Origin: an uncultured Microthrixaceae bacterium
GTDB lineage: Bacteria; Actinomycetota; Acidimicrobiia; Acidimicrobiales; MedAcidi-G1
DNA length: 64,000 nucleotides
Direction: 5' to 3'
NCBI GenBank assembly: GCA_964586175.1
Contig: CAZPGL010000002.1
Coordinates: forward strand, 36,082 to 100,081
Part shown: positions 45,176-54,823 of the stretch, piece after piece
Numbering within the stretch: the stretch's first letter is position 1
Layout of the letters: each line of letters begins with the position of its first letter
Made by a program: the position numbers and the translations under genes
The notes under the pieces: generated by a model
Seen by the model: only the letters and a program-made list of their open reading frames with translations
The model's database searches: none
What the model was told of the DNA's origin: nothing

Positions 45176-45508
45176 TCAGCGGCGACCGCGCCGGCGCCGC
45201 CAGGCCAACAGCAGCAAGCCGGCGGCCACCACGGCCCCCAGCACCCCGAGGCGGTGCAACCGGTCGGCCCGCTCGTCAGCCATTTCGACCGGCGGGGCGT
45301 CGAAGGGGCGCACCTCGCCGTCAGCTCCCGAAGCATCGCCAACCTCGGGATCGGCCGCAGCCCCGTCGACGGCCGCCTCCGGTTCCGCCGGGTGTCCGTC
45401 AGGTGATTCGGGAGGTGCCTCTGGCTCGTCTCCCAACAGGCCGTCGACCGGGCTGACCTCGGGTGGGGCGGCACGTCCTCGCCGTGCCTGGGGGTCGTAA
45501 CCGCTCAC
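45176..45508 (-). CDS. small acidic Pro/Ala-rich protein with C-terminal TM anchor (110 aa)
   Basis: The GTG start overlaps the ParA stop (GTGA). The C-terminus LGVLGAVVAAGLLLLAWRRRRGRR is a tail anchor. The rest is low-complexity, so coding status is uncertain. Confidence 0.45.
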   Translation of the reverse strand: MSGYDPQARRGRAAPPEVSPVDGLLGDEPEAPPESPDGHPAEPEAAVDGAAADPEVGDASGADGEVRPFDAPPVEMADERADRLHRLGVLGAVVAAGLLLLAWRRRRGRR

Positions 45509-46296
45509 GGGGCACCTCCATCCAGTACGTGGTCGAGCAGGACGTCGAACTCAGCGGAGGCCTCGGTCGCCCCCGGGCGCTTACCCAGCCCGTGGATGGG
45601 CAGCGACTGGGCAGCCGCCTCGGACACCGCGGCCCGCTGATGGACCGGCGGCAGGCAGATTCCGGGGTAGGCCTCGACCAGCTGCCCATGCCAGTACCGG
45701 GCGTCGCGGGTGCGGCCCAGACGATTGATGGCGATGCCGGCCAGCCGGGGCCGACCGTCGGGCCGACGCATGCGGATGCGTTCGATGGTCTGGAGCATGC
45801 GGGCCACACCGTCGGCGGCCCAGGCTCCCGGTTCGGTGACGAGCAGCACGGTGTCGGCCGCGAACAGACCGTTGATGGTCAGCAGGCCCAGCGACGGCGG
45901 GCAGTCGAGCACGACGAGGGGCCAGCCGGACGATCCGTCGCCATTGAGCGCCATCTGCAGGCGGTCCTGGCCACCCAACGGGTCGGTGGCCAACTGAGGT
46001 TCCCGTACCGCCAGGCCCGGGGACGACGCAGCCACGAGGGGACGGCGGCCGCATTCGACCGGCCATCCCGACGTCTCGACCACCATGCGGACACCGCCGG
46101 GCTGCTCCTCGGCCAGCACGGTGTCGATGCTCCGGGTCGGTTCGAACACGCCGAGGCCGGTGGTGGCGTTGCCTTGAGGGTCCAAGTCGACCACGAGGGT
46201 CTCGATGCCCCGGGCCGCGGCCGCCGAGGTCAACCCGAGGGCGACCGTGGTCTTCCCCACCCCACCCTTCTGGTTCACCACGGCGACGGTCGGCAT
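45505..46296 (-). CDS. ParA/Soj-family ATPase (orphan; no parB nearby)
   Basis: 263 aa. VAVVNQKGGVGKTT (deviant Walker A), VVDLDPQGNAT, VLDCPPSLG. Confidence 0.9.
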   Translation of the reverse strand: MPTVAVVNQKGGVGKTTVALGLTSAAAARGIETLVVDLDPQGNATTGLGVFEPTRSIDTVLAEEQPGGVRMVVETSGWPVECGRRPLVAASSPGLAVREPQLATDPLGGQDRLQMALNGDGSSGWPLVVLDCPPSLGLLTINGLFAADTVLLVTEPGAWAADGVARMLQTIERIRMRRPDGRPRLAGIAINRLGRTRDARYWHGQLVEAYPGICLPPVHQRAAVSEAAAQSLPIHGLGKRPGATEASAEFDVLLDHVLDGGAP

Positions 46297-46365
46297 GGAC
46301 GAAACCTAACCCACCGACGGCCCGGGCCGAGGACCCGTCGACCCACCTGCCGCTACGTTGACGCC

Positions 46366-47166
46366 GTGCCCGAGCTCCCCGAGGTCGAAACCATCCGGCG
46401 GCACCTGGAGCCGCTGCTCCTCGATGCCCGGGTGCGGTCGGCCACCGCCCATCCGTCGGCCAAGTTCCGGCCGGCCGTCGACGCCATCGGACACCGCATC
46501 GACGCGGTGGACCGTCGGGGCAAGTACCTGCTCATCGACCTGTCGGGAACCCACGAGCTGATCATCCACCTCGGCATGACCGGTGCCCTCCTGCTGGCCG
46601 ATGGGCCGGCCACTGGCGCCCACGTCCGGGCCGACTGGGAGCTCGACGACCGTCGCCACCTCGTGTTCGACGACGTGCGACGGTTCGGACGCCTCGCCGT
46701 CGTTCCCCGCGGCGTGTACGACGGCCTGCCCACCCTGCACCACCTCGGACCGGAGCCGTTCGACCCGGAACTGGACGACCACCGGTTCCATCGTTCGCTG
46801 CGGGCCAGCCGCCGCCGGGTCAAGACCAGCCTGCTGTCTCAGCGACCCATCGCCGGTGTCGGCAACATCTACGCTGACGAGGCGTTGTGGCGGGCCGGCA
46901 TCAACCCCGGAGCCCGCCGGGTGGGCCCCGAGCGGGCGGCCCGGTTGCTGGCGGCCATCCGCGACGTGCTGGCCGAGTCGCTCGAGAACCGGGGCACCAC
47001 GCTGCGCGACTACCGCACCCCGGACGGGTCGACGGGCGACAACCAGCGCCGGCTGGACTGCTACGGCCGGGGGGGCCAGCCGTGCCGGTGCTGCGGCGAG
47101 GCCCTCGTCGCCCGCCCCCTGGACCAGCGCACCACCACCTGGTGCCCGAACTGCCAGGCCCGCTGA
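46366..47166 (+). CDS. mutM: formamidopyrimidine-DNA glycosylase
   Basis: ORF 45463..47166 trimmed to the GTG at 46366, giving (M)PELPEVETIRR. Motifs: RRGKYLL, HLGMTG, and a C-terminal zinc finger CRCCG...TTWCPNCQ. Confidence 0.9.
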   Translation: MPELPEVETIRRHLEPLLLDARVRSATAHPSAKFRPAVDAIGHRIDAVDRRGKYLLIDLSGTHELIIHLGMTGALLLADGPATGAHVRADWELDDRRHLVFDDVRRFGRLAVVPRGVYDGLPTLHHLGPEPFDPELDDHRFHRSLRASRRRVKTSLLSQRPIAGVGNIYADEALWRAGINPGARRVGPERAARLLAAIRDVLAESLENRGTTLRDYRTPDGSTGDNQRRLDCYGRGGQPCRCCGEALVARPLDQRTTTWCPNCQAR

Positions 47167-47222
47167 CCGGCGGGCGGGCGGGTGCCCCTGAGCGGCACTC
47201 GGGGGCCTCTACGCTCGTCGCC

Positions 47223-48797
47223 GTGCGGCATCGACTCCTCCTCGGCATGGCCCTCGTGGGCCTGGCAGGCAGCCTGGTCGCCGTCGCCGCAGTGGGCGCC
47301 CAGACCTACGCCGAACTCATCGCCGCCGAAGAGCGCAGCATCGGTGACCTCCACGGCGAGATCGCCGCCTACGAGGCACAGGTCGTCGGCTACGAGGCCG
47401 ACCTCGATGCCCTCGACGCCCTGATTGCCGAGATCGACGCCCTGATCGCCACCGAGGACGCCGAACTGGCCCTGTTGCCCATCCACCTCGAGTTGCTGGC
47501 CGACGACCTGCTGGACCGCTACATCGCCCTCGACGAGCCCACCGCCGTCCGCCACGCGATGGCGATCGACGCCTACGTCCGCAACGACGAACACGTGAAC
47601 GCAGTGCTCACCCAGTCGGTGGAACTCACCGACGAGGCCCTGGAGGGAATCCGGTCCCGGCTGCTCTACGAGGCGGTGATCGACGACGCCAACGACCAGC
47701 TGCTGGCCCTCTACGCCGAGCTGCGGCTCCTGGGCCGTCGGGTCGACGGGGTCAACGAGCAGATCCGACGGACCGGCGATCGCCGGCAGGACGCAGTGGA
47801 CCACCGGGAGGACACCGTCGACCTGATACCCGGCATCGAAGCCCAGATCGGCGACGCGGAGGCCGGTATCACCGTGGCTGAAGCGAACATCGCCGCGGCC
47901 CGAGCCGAAATCGAGCGACTCGAATCGCTGCTGGTGACGATGCGCTGGACCGCCGAGCTGGGCCAGGACATCGGCCGGCCCGCCCTGGCCGTCAAGATCG
48001 ACAACGTCAAGGCGGCGTGGCCCCAGACCGGCGTCAACCAGGCCGACGTCGTCTACGAGGAGATCGTGGAAGCCGGGCTGACCCGCCTGGTCGCCATCTT
48101 CCAGACCCAGAGTCCCGGCACCGTCGGACCGATCCGCTCGGCCCGCACCTCCGACCCCCCGTTGCTCGCCGGGTTCGACCGTCCGCTGTTCGCCTACTCG
48201 GGCGCCAACCACATCACCCTGCAGATCGTGCGCAACAGCGAGCTCGAGCTGGCCGGCTACGACGACGAGCCGGGCGCCTACTGGCGTTCCGATTCCCGCA
48301 GCGCCCCCCACAACCTGTACGCCTCCACCACCCGGCTATGGAACCGGTTCCCCGAACGCACCGAGATGCCGCCGGCACCCTTCGAGTTCCGGGTACACGG
48401 TGAGGCCCTCCACCCGGACGCCGAGCCGGCCGAGGGGGTCGAGGTCGACTTCGGTCGTACCGAGGTCGACTACTCGTGGAACGGCTCCGGGTGGGCCCGC
48501 CGCCAGGGCGGATCCGCCCACATCGACTCAGCGGGTGTCCAGGTCGCACCGGCCAACGTCGTCGTCCAGTTCATCCGGTACGGCACGAGTCCGGCCGACG
48601 GCCGCTCCCCCGAGGCCCACACGACCGGGTCGGGGGTGGCGTGGATCCTGACCGCGGGGCACGTCATCGTCGGCGAATGGGACCGTCCCGACGAGTCGGC
48701 ACCCGCCGTGTACCACATCGACGGTGAGACGATCCGCCTGTCGCCGGGCCGCACCTGGGTCGCCCTGGCCGAGGACGGGTCGGCCGAACTGCGCTGA
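47223..48797 (+). CDS. secreted/membrane-anchored protein: long coiled-coil N-region fused to a DUF3048-like C-domain
   Basis: ORF 46887..48797 trimmed to the GTG at 47223 (VRHRLLLGMALVGLAGSLVAVAAVGA). About 280 aa of heptad-like Ala/Glu/Leu sequence, then PALAVKIDNVKAAWPQTGVNQADVVYEEIVEAGLTRLVAIF...RSARTSD, typical of DUF3048. Confidence 0.7.
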   Translation: MRHRLLLGMALVGLAGSLVAVAAVGAQTYAELIAAEERSIGDLHGEIAAYEAQVVGYEADLDALDALIAEIDALIATEDAELALLPIHLELLADDLLDRYIALDEPTAVRHAMAIDAYVRNDEHVNAVLTQSVELTDEALEGIRSRLLYEAVIDDANDQLLALYAELRLLGRRVDGVNEQIRRTGDRRQDAVDHREDTVDLIPGIEAQIGDAEAGITVAEANIAAARAEIERLESLLVTMRWTAELGQDIGRPALAVKIDNVKAAWPQTGVNQADVVYEEIVEAGLTRLVAIFQTQSPGTVGPIRSARTSDPPLLAGFDRPLFAYSGANHITLQIVRNSELELAGYDDEPGAYWRSDSRSAPHNLYASTTRLWNRFPERTEMPPAPFEFRVHGEALHPDAEPAEGVEVDFGRTEVDYSWNGSGWARRQGGSAHIDSAGVQVAPANVVVQFIRYGTSPADGRSPEAHTTGSGVAWILTAGHVIVGEWDRPDESAPAVYHIDGETIRLSPGRTWVALAEDGSAELR

Positions 48798-48798
48798 G

Positions 48799-49737
48799 TC
48801 AGACGCCCGGGTCGACCAGCACGTCGGCCGGCACGGTTCCGTCGCCGGCGACGGTGAGGATCTCGAGGCCGTCGTCGGTGACCAGCACGGTGTGCTCGAA
48901 CTGGGCCGTCCGGCGCCCGTCCCTGGTCACCGCCGTCCAGTCGTCGTCCCACAGGGCACACGCCGGATCACCGAGGGTCAGCATCGGCTCGACGGTGAAC
49001 GTCATGCCCGGCACCAGCACCGTCGACGCCCGGGGGTCGTGGTAGTGCGGGATCTGCAGGCCGCTGTGGAACTCGGTGCCGATGCCATGGCCGATGAACT
49101 CCCGTACCACGCCCAGCCCGTGGCGCCGGGCGTGGCGTTCGATGGCCCGGCCGATGGCGTGCACCGGTTGTCCGGGTCCGGCGGCGGCGATACCGGCGTT
49201 CATGGCCGTGCGGGTCTCGGCGACCAGCCGGCGCGAATGGTCGTCGACATCGCCCACCAGCAGGGTGACGGAACTGTCGCCGTGGACCCCGTCCAGGTAG
49301 ATCGTCACGTCCACGTTGACGATGTCGCCGTCGGCCAGCGGCCGGCTGTCGGGAATGCCGTGACAGATCACTTCGTTGACCGACGTGCACACCGACTTCG
49401 GGTACCCCCGGTAGTTGAGGGGACTCGGGTAGCCGCCGCGAGCCACGCTGGCCTGGTGGACCACCTCGTCGATCCGGTCGGTGGTCACGCCCGGGACGAC
49501 GGCGGGCGCCGCCTCCAACAGGATCTCGGCCGCTGCCCGACCGGCGGCCCGCATCCGTTCGATCTCGTCGGGGGTGCGCACGCTCGACGACTGGGACGGC
49601 CCCGGATCGCCGGTGGCGGCATACGGGGGTCGCCCGATCCCGGCCGGCACGGTGCGCATCGGGCTGAGGAGCCCAGGCCGCACCGGTGGCGAGGAGACGG
49701 GAGGAAGGTTCGCGTTGCGACGCTTGCGCTTGGCCAC
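48799..49737 (-). CDS. map: methionine aminopeptidase type I (with Pro-rich N-terminal extension, type Ic-like)
   Basis: 312 aa, GTG start. Motifs: SVNEVICHGIP, GDIVNVDVT, DGVHGD, GHGIG, TFTVEP, QFEHTV. Confidence 0.9.
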   Translation of the reverse strand: MAKRKRRNANLPPVSSPPVRPGLLSPMRTVPAGIGRPPYAATGDPGPSQSSSVRTPDEIERMRAAGRAAAEILLEAAPAVVPGVTTDRIDEVVHQASVARGGYPSPLNYRGYPKSVCTSVNEVICHGIPDSRPLADGDIVNVDVTIYLDGVHGDSSVTLLVGDVDDHSRRLVAETRTAMNAGIAAAGPGQPVHAIGRAIERHARRHGLGVVREFIGHGIGTEFHSGLQIPHYHDPRASTVLVPGMTFTVEPMLTLGDPACALWDDDWTAVTRDGRRTAQFEHTVLVTDDGLEILTVAGDGTVPADVLVDPGV

Positions 49738-49760
49738 GGCCGGAGGCTATCGGGACGGCT

Positions 49761-50216
49761 TCAGCGCAGGAAGCGGCTGACGCTGTCGACCACGCACGCC
49801 GGGCGGTCGTGGCCTTCGATCTCGACGGTGATCCGGATGACCACCTGGACGCCACCGGCCACCTCGTCGACCTCCACGACCTCGGCCCCGGCCCGAACCC
49901 GCGCATCCACGGGCACCGCCGACGGGAACCGCACCTTGTTCACCCCGTAGTTGACGCCCATGGAAACGCCCCGCACCTCGAGGAGGGTGGGGAGCAGCAT
50001 GTTGGTGAGCGACAGGGTCAGATACCCGTGGGCGATGGTCGACCCGAACGGGCCGTCGGCGGCAGCCGCCGGGTCGACGTGGATCCACTGGTGGTCGCCG
50101 GTGGCGTCGGCGAACCGGTCGATGCGCTCCTGGTCGATCACCATCCAGTCGCTGTGGCCGAGATGGGTGCCGACGGCGTCGGCCAGAGCGTCGGGACTGT
50201 CGAAGACGGTGGGCAT
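49761..50216 (-). CDS. MaoC-like (R)-hydratase hotdog-fold protein
   Basis: ORF trimmed to the ATG at 50216. Motifs: ERIDRFADATGDHQWIHVDPAAAADGPFGSTIAHGYL. Confidence 0.85.
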   Translation of the reverse strand: MPTVFDSPDALADAVGTHLGHSDWMVIDQERIDRFADATGDHQWIHVDPAAAADGPFGSTIAHGYLTLSLTNMLLPTLLEVRGVSMGVNYGVNKVRFPSAVPVDARVRAGAEVVEVDEVAGGVQVVIRITVEIEGHDRPACVVDSVSRFLR

Positions 50217-50313
50217 GGCAGGCCTCGGGGTCGGGTCGGTCGTGGGTCCGGAGCCGACACTACGCTGCACGGGTCCACCGTCCCTCGTCCGAGCACCGGG
50301 AGCCCGACACGAC

Positions 50314-51219
50314 ATGGCAACCTCCGGCGGCACCAAGGCCGTCCTCGCCGCACTCTTCGCCAACCTCGGCATCGCCATCGCCAAGATGGTCGGCTTCATC
50401 ATCACCAGGTCGTCGTCGATGCTGGCCGAGAGCATCCACTCGGCGGCCGACACCGGCAACCAGGCTCTGCTGCTCCTCGGCGGTCGCCGCGCATCCCGTC
50501 CTGCGACACCGTCCCATCCCTTCGGACACGGGCGCGAGCGCTACTTCTGGTCGTTCGTGGTCGCCATCGTGCTGTTCACCCTGGGCGCCGGCTTCGCCCT
50601 GTACGAGGGCATCGAGAAGATCCGCCACCCCCACGCCGTCGACCATCTCGAATGGGCGGTCGGCATCCTTGCCATCGGCATCGTGCTCGAAGGCTTCTCG
50701 TTCCGGACGGCGATCGTCGAGGCCAACCGGGTGCGGGGCGACCTGTCATGGTCCCGGTTCGTGGTGCGGGCCAAGCAGCCCGAGCTGCCGGTGGTCCTGC
50801 TCGAGGACGCCGGGGCCATGCTGGGTCTGGTCATCGCCATGGCGGCCGTGGTCCTGAGTGACGTGACCGGCGAACCCCGCTGGGACGGGGTGGGCACCCT
50901 GACCATCGGGTTGCTCCTGGCCGCCATCGCCGTGGTCCTGGCCCGGGAGATGAAGAGCCTGCTGATCGGTGAGGCCGCAAATGCCAGCGACCGGGAGGCC
51001 ATCATCACCGCCATCACCGGGGTCGACGCCGTCGTGTCGCTGGCCGACCTGCGCACCCAACACCTCGGTCCCGACGACATCCTGGTGGGGGCCAAGGTCG
51101 TGCTGCGGGCCGACCTGAGCACGGCCGGCGTCGTGGCCGCCATCGACGAGATCGAGGCCGGTGTACGGGCCATGGTACCGACCGCCCACCCGATCTACGT
51201 CGAGCCGGTCGAGGGCTGA
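50314..51219 (+). CDS. cation diffusion facilitator (CDF) family transporter
   Basis: ORF 49951..51219 trimmed to the ATG at 50314. Motifs: SSSMLAESIHSAADTGNQ, HPFGHGRERYFWSF, and a C-terminal cytoplasmic domain. Confidence 0.85.
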   Translation: MATSGGTKAVLAALFANLGIAIAKMVGFIITRSSSMLAESIHSAADTGNQALLLLGGRRASRPATPSHPFGHGRERYFWSFVVAIVLFTLGAGFALYEGIEKIRHPHAVDHLEWAVGILAIGIVLEGFSFRTAIVEANRVRGDLSWSRFVVRAKQPELPVVLLEDAGAMLGLVIAMAAVVLSDVTGEPRWDGVGTLTIGLLLAAIAVVLAREMKSLLIGEAANASDREAIITAITGVDAVVSLADLRTQHLGPDDILVGAKVVLRADLSTAGVVAAIDEIEAGVRAMVPTAHPIYVEPVEG

Positions 51220-51902
51220 TGCGGCGGCTGGTGTCGCTGGCGGCCGCCGTGATCTGCGCGGTCGCCGCGTGGGCGTGGTTCGACGTGACGGTGGGCCGCC
51301 ATCGCCTGTGGGACGCCTACGCCGGCGGTCGCCGGGCCCGCCGCCGCTCGCAGCTGGCTGTCCACCCGGTGCAGGCTGGCGACACGGTGTTCCTCGGTGA
51401 CAGCCTCACCGAAGAAGGCTCTTGGGCGGCGGCGTTTCCCGGGCTGGCGGTCTGCAACCGGGGGGTCGGCGGGGACACCACCGCCGACGTCCTTGAGCGG
51501 CTCGACGATGCCGTGACCGGGCCGCCGGCCGCGGTGATCCTGTGCATCGGCACCAACGACCTCTGGTATTCGGTCGCCCACGCCCAGATTGTGCGCAACA
51601 CGGCCCGCATCTTGGACCACGTCATGGAATCCACACCGTCGACCCGGCTGGTGCTGCAGGCCGTGCCACCCCGACGGGACCGGTACCAGGCGGTGATCCC
51701 GGCCCTGAACACCGCGTTGCGCCGGGTGGCCGACGAGCGGGGCATCGAGTTCGTCGACCTGACCGAGGCCCTGTCGGGCCGCGACGGGCTGCTCGACGCC
51801 ACGCTGACCAACGACGGCCTCCACCTCAACGGCGACGGCTACCGCCACTGGTACAGGGTGCTGGAACCGGTGCTCGAACCGGTGCTGCACCCGACCCACT
51901 GA
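51219..51902 (+). CDS. SGNH/GDSL hydrolase
   Basis: 227 aa. FLGDSLTE (block I), GVGGDTT (II), IGTNDL (III), DGLHLNGDGY (V). Confidence 0.85.
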   Translation: MRRLVSLAAAVICAVAAWAWFDVTVGRHRLWDAYAGGRRARRRSQLAVHPVQAGDTVFLGDSLTEEGSWAAAFPGLAVCNRGVGGDTTADVLERLDDAVTGPPAAVILCIGTNDLWYSVAHAQIVRNTARILDHVMESTPSTRLVLQAVPPRRDRYQAVIPALNTALRRVADERGIEFVDLTEALSGRDGLLDATLTNDGLHLNGDGYRHWYRVLEPVLEPVLHPTH

Positions 51903-51946
51903 GGGCGGATCGTCGCAGCGGCCGGCCCCGCCCGTACGCTCGGACC

Positions 51947-54052
51947 ATGGCCGCGGACAGCACGGACCGCATCGAGTTGCCGATCGACGGCATGACGTGT
52001 GCCGGCTGCGTGGCGTCGGCCACCAGGGCCCTCGAAGGGGTAACGGGGGTCAGCGCCGCTGCCGTCAACCTGGCCACCCGATCGGCGATGGTCACCGTGG
52101 GCCCCGAGGTCACCGAAGCCGACCTGCGGCTGGCCGTCGAACAGGCCGGGTACACGGTGCCCGTCGGCGAACGGGAGGACGACCGGGCCTCGATCGACCG
52201 GCGACTCCGTGCCGCCGTCCCGCTCACCGTGCTGGCCATGGTGCTGGCCATGGTGCCGGCGGTCCCCGACGACCTGGCCCACTGGGGATCGGCGTTGGCC
52301 GCCCTTCCCGTGTATCTGTGGGCGGGCGCCGACATCCACGCCAGGGCGTTGTCCGGTCTGCGGCACCGGGTCACGTCGATGGACACCCTCATCACGATGG
52401 GAACCACGGCAGCCGTCGGCTGGTCGGTGGCCGGGCTGATGGTCGACGGGGTCGACGCCTACTTCGAGACCGCGGCGGTGATCATCACCCTCGTACTGGT
52501 GGGTCGCCGCCTCGAGGCCGGTGCCCGCCGGAGCTCCGGCAGCGCCCTACGGGCCCTCCTCGACCTGGCCCCGGCCACCGTCACACTGGCCGACGGCCGG
52601 GAGGTGCCCTTCGCCGAGCTCCGGGTGGGCGACCGGTTCATGGTCCGTCCAGGTGAGCGGCTGGCGGCCGACGGAACGGTCGTCGAGGGCTTCGGGTCGA
52701 TCAACGCGTCGATGCTGACCGGCGAACCGCTCCCGGTCGACGTGGTACCCGGCGACGAGGTGGCCGGCGGCACGGTGAACACCACCGGTGTGCTGACCGT
52801 CGAGGCCGACCGCACCGGCGACGACGCCACCGTCGTGCGTCTGGCCCGCATGGTGGCCGACGCCCAGGCCGGCCGGGCACCGGCCCAGAGGCTGGTCGAC
52901 CGGGTCTCGGCCGTGTTCGTCCCACTGGTCCTCGTCCTGGCCACCGCCACGTTGACCGGCCGACTACTCATCGGGCACACCGGTGACGACGCCGTCACCG
53001 CCGCGGTCACCGTGTTGATCATCGCCTGCCCGTGCGCCCTGGGGCTGGCCACACCGACCGCCCTGCAGGTGGGCACCGGTCGGGCGGCCCAACTCGGGGT
53101 GCTGCTCCGGTCGGCTGGCGTGCTCGAGACGACCCGCCGACTCACCACGGTCGTGGTCGACAAGACCGGCACGCTCACCAACGGCCGGATGTCGCTGGTC
53201 GACCTGGTGGCCGTCGACGACCACGACCGCTCCGAGACTCTCCGGCTGGCCGCCGCCGTCGAGGCCGGTTCCGAGCACCCGGTGGGCCGGGCGATCGCCG
53301 CCGCGGTCGACGACGCTCCCTGGGCCGTCGACGTGACTGCCGAACCGGGCTTCGGCATCTCGGGCACCGTCGACGGCCGGATGGTGGCTGTCGGGCGCCT
53401 CTCGGACGAGGCAGCCGCCCGACCCGGCATCGCGGACCTGGTCGGCCGAGGCCACACCATCGCCGAGGTCACCGTCGACGGCACCACCGTCGGGGCGGTC
53501 GCCGTCGGCGACACCGTCCGGCCGGAGGCCCGACAGGCCGTCGAGCGGCTCCACGCCCTGGGCCTCCATGTGGTGATGCTCACCGGCGACGGGCCCGACA
53601 CCGCCCAACGGGTGGCCGCCGAGGTCGGGATCGGCGAGGTGGTCGCCGGCGTGCGCCCCGACGGCAAGGTCCAGGCGGTGCTCGACCTACGCTCCCCCGA
53701 CGCCCATATCGCCATGGTGGGCGACGGACTCAACGACACGCCGGCCCTGGCCGCTGCCGATCTGGGCATCGCGATTGGAGGGGGCACCGACGCCGCCACC
53801 GAAGCCGCTGGCGTGGTGTTGCTGACCGACGACCTGCGAGCGGTGGCCGACGCCATCGCCCTGTCGCGACGCACCGTCGCCACCATCCGGACCAACCTGG
53901 TCTGGGCGTTCCTCTACAACGTGGCTGCCCTGCCGCTGGCCGTGGCCGGGGCCCTTGCCCCGCCGATCGCCGCCGGTGCCATGGTGGCGTCGTCGCTGTT
54001 CGTGGTGGGCAACTCGCTGCGCCTCCGGAGCTTCACCGGCAGCACCAACTGA
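51947..54052 (+). CDS. copA: heavy-metal P1B-type ATPase, Cu(I)-type (CopA-like)
   Basis: ORF 51542..54052 trimmed to the ATG at 51947. Motifs: GMTCAGCV (HMA domain), CPCALGLATP, DKTGTLT, GDGLNDTPAL. YN...M..SS in the last TM helices suggests Cu+/Ag+ specificity. Confidence 0.85.
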   Translation: MAADSTDRIELPIDGMTCAGCVASATRALEGVTGVSAAAVNLATRSAMVTVGPEVTEADLRLAVEQAGYTVPVGEREDDRASIDRRLRAAVPLTVLAMVLAMVPAVPDDLAHWGSALAALPVYLWAGADIHARALSGLRHRVTSMDTLITMGTTAAVGWSVAGLMVDGVDAYFETAAVIITLVLVGRRLEAGARRSSGSALRALLDLAPATVTLADGREVPFAELRVGDRFMVRPGERLAADGTVVEGFGSINASMLTGEPLPVDVVPGDEVAGGTVNTTGVLTVEADRTGDDATVVRLARMVADAQAGRAPAQRLVDRVSAVFVPLVLVLATATLTGRLLIGHTGDDAVTAAVTVLIIACPCALGLATPTALQVGTGRAAQLGVLLRSAGVLETTRRLTTVVVDKTGTLTNGRMSLVDLVAVDDHDRSETLRLAAAVEAGSEHPVGRAIAAAVDDAPWAVDVTAEPGFGISGTVDGRMVAVGRLSDEAAARPGIADLVGRGHTIAEVTVDGTTVGAVAVGDTVRPEARQAVERLHALGLHVVMLTGDGPDTAQRVAAEVGIGEVVAGVRPDGKVQAVLDLRSPDAHIAMVGDGLNDTPALAAADLGIAIGGGTDAATEAAGVVLLTDDLRAVADAIALSRRTVATIRTNLVWAFLYNVAALPLAVAGALAPPIAAGAMVASSLFVVGNSLRLRSFTGSTN

Positions 54053-54056
54053 CCGG

Positions 54057-54761
54057 TCAAGCCACCGAAGCCCCGAGGAGACCGCCGATCCACCAGGTGA
54101 CCAGGCAGGCTCCGGCCGCCACCGCCACCTGACGGGCCACGGTCCGCACCACCGACCGTTCGGTGAGCCAGGCAAGAGCCACCCCCACACCGGCGACCGA
54201 ACCGACCCCCAATCCGACCGATCCCCACATGGCGGCGTCACCTGAACCCCCCAGCCACGGCAGCAACGGCACCAGAGCGCCGAGAGCGAACGCTCCGAAG
54301 CTGGCTGCCGCGGCACCTGTCGGGTTGCCGAGTTGGGTCGGGTCGACCCCGAGTTCTTCACGGGCATGCACGTCGAGCGCGACATCAGGGTCCGACATCA
54401 GCACCTCTGCGACCTGATCAGCCTCTTCGGCGCCGAGGCCTCGCTCCCGGTAGATGGCCGCCAGTTCCTCCGTCTCGTCCTCGGGGTTCTCGGCGATCGA
54501 CTCCCGTTCGATCTGAAGTTCCCGCTCGACCAACTCGGTCTGAGCCTTCAACGAGATGTATTCGCCGGCCGCCATCGACACCGCCCCGGCCAGAAGGCCG
54601 GACACGCCGGCGACCCGGATCACCGCCGGATCGGAGGTCGCTCCGGCGATCCCGAGGATCAGAGCCACGTTCGACACGAGGCCGTCCGACACCCCGAACA
54701 CCGCGGCTCGTGCGGTGCCACCCTGCACGTCACGGTGTCGATGCACCATCGAAGGGCCCAT
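54057..54761 (-). CDS. VIT1/CCC1-family iron/manganese transporter
   Basis: 234 aa. AAVFGVSDGLVSNVALILGIAG, MAAGEYIS, and an acidic cytoplasmic helix ERELQIERESIAENPEDE. Confidence 0.85.
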   Translation of the reverse strand: MGPSMVHRHRDVQGGTARAAVFGVSDGLVSNVALILGIAGATSDPAVIRVAGVSGLLAGAVSMAAGEYISLKAQTELVERELQIERESIAENPEDETEELAAIYRERGLGAEEADQVAEVLMSDPDVALDVHAREELGVDPTQLGNPTGAAAASFGAFALGALVPLLPWLGGSGDAAMWGSVGLGVGSVAGVGVALAWLTERSVVRTVARQVAVAAGACLVTWWIGGLLGASVA

Positions 54762-54823
54762 GGCCTCCGAACCTAGTGGCTGGGTCCGGGTACGCCGCGA
54801 CGGCCCACTAGCCTCGACCGCCT

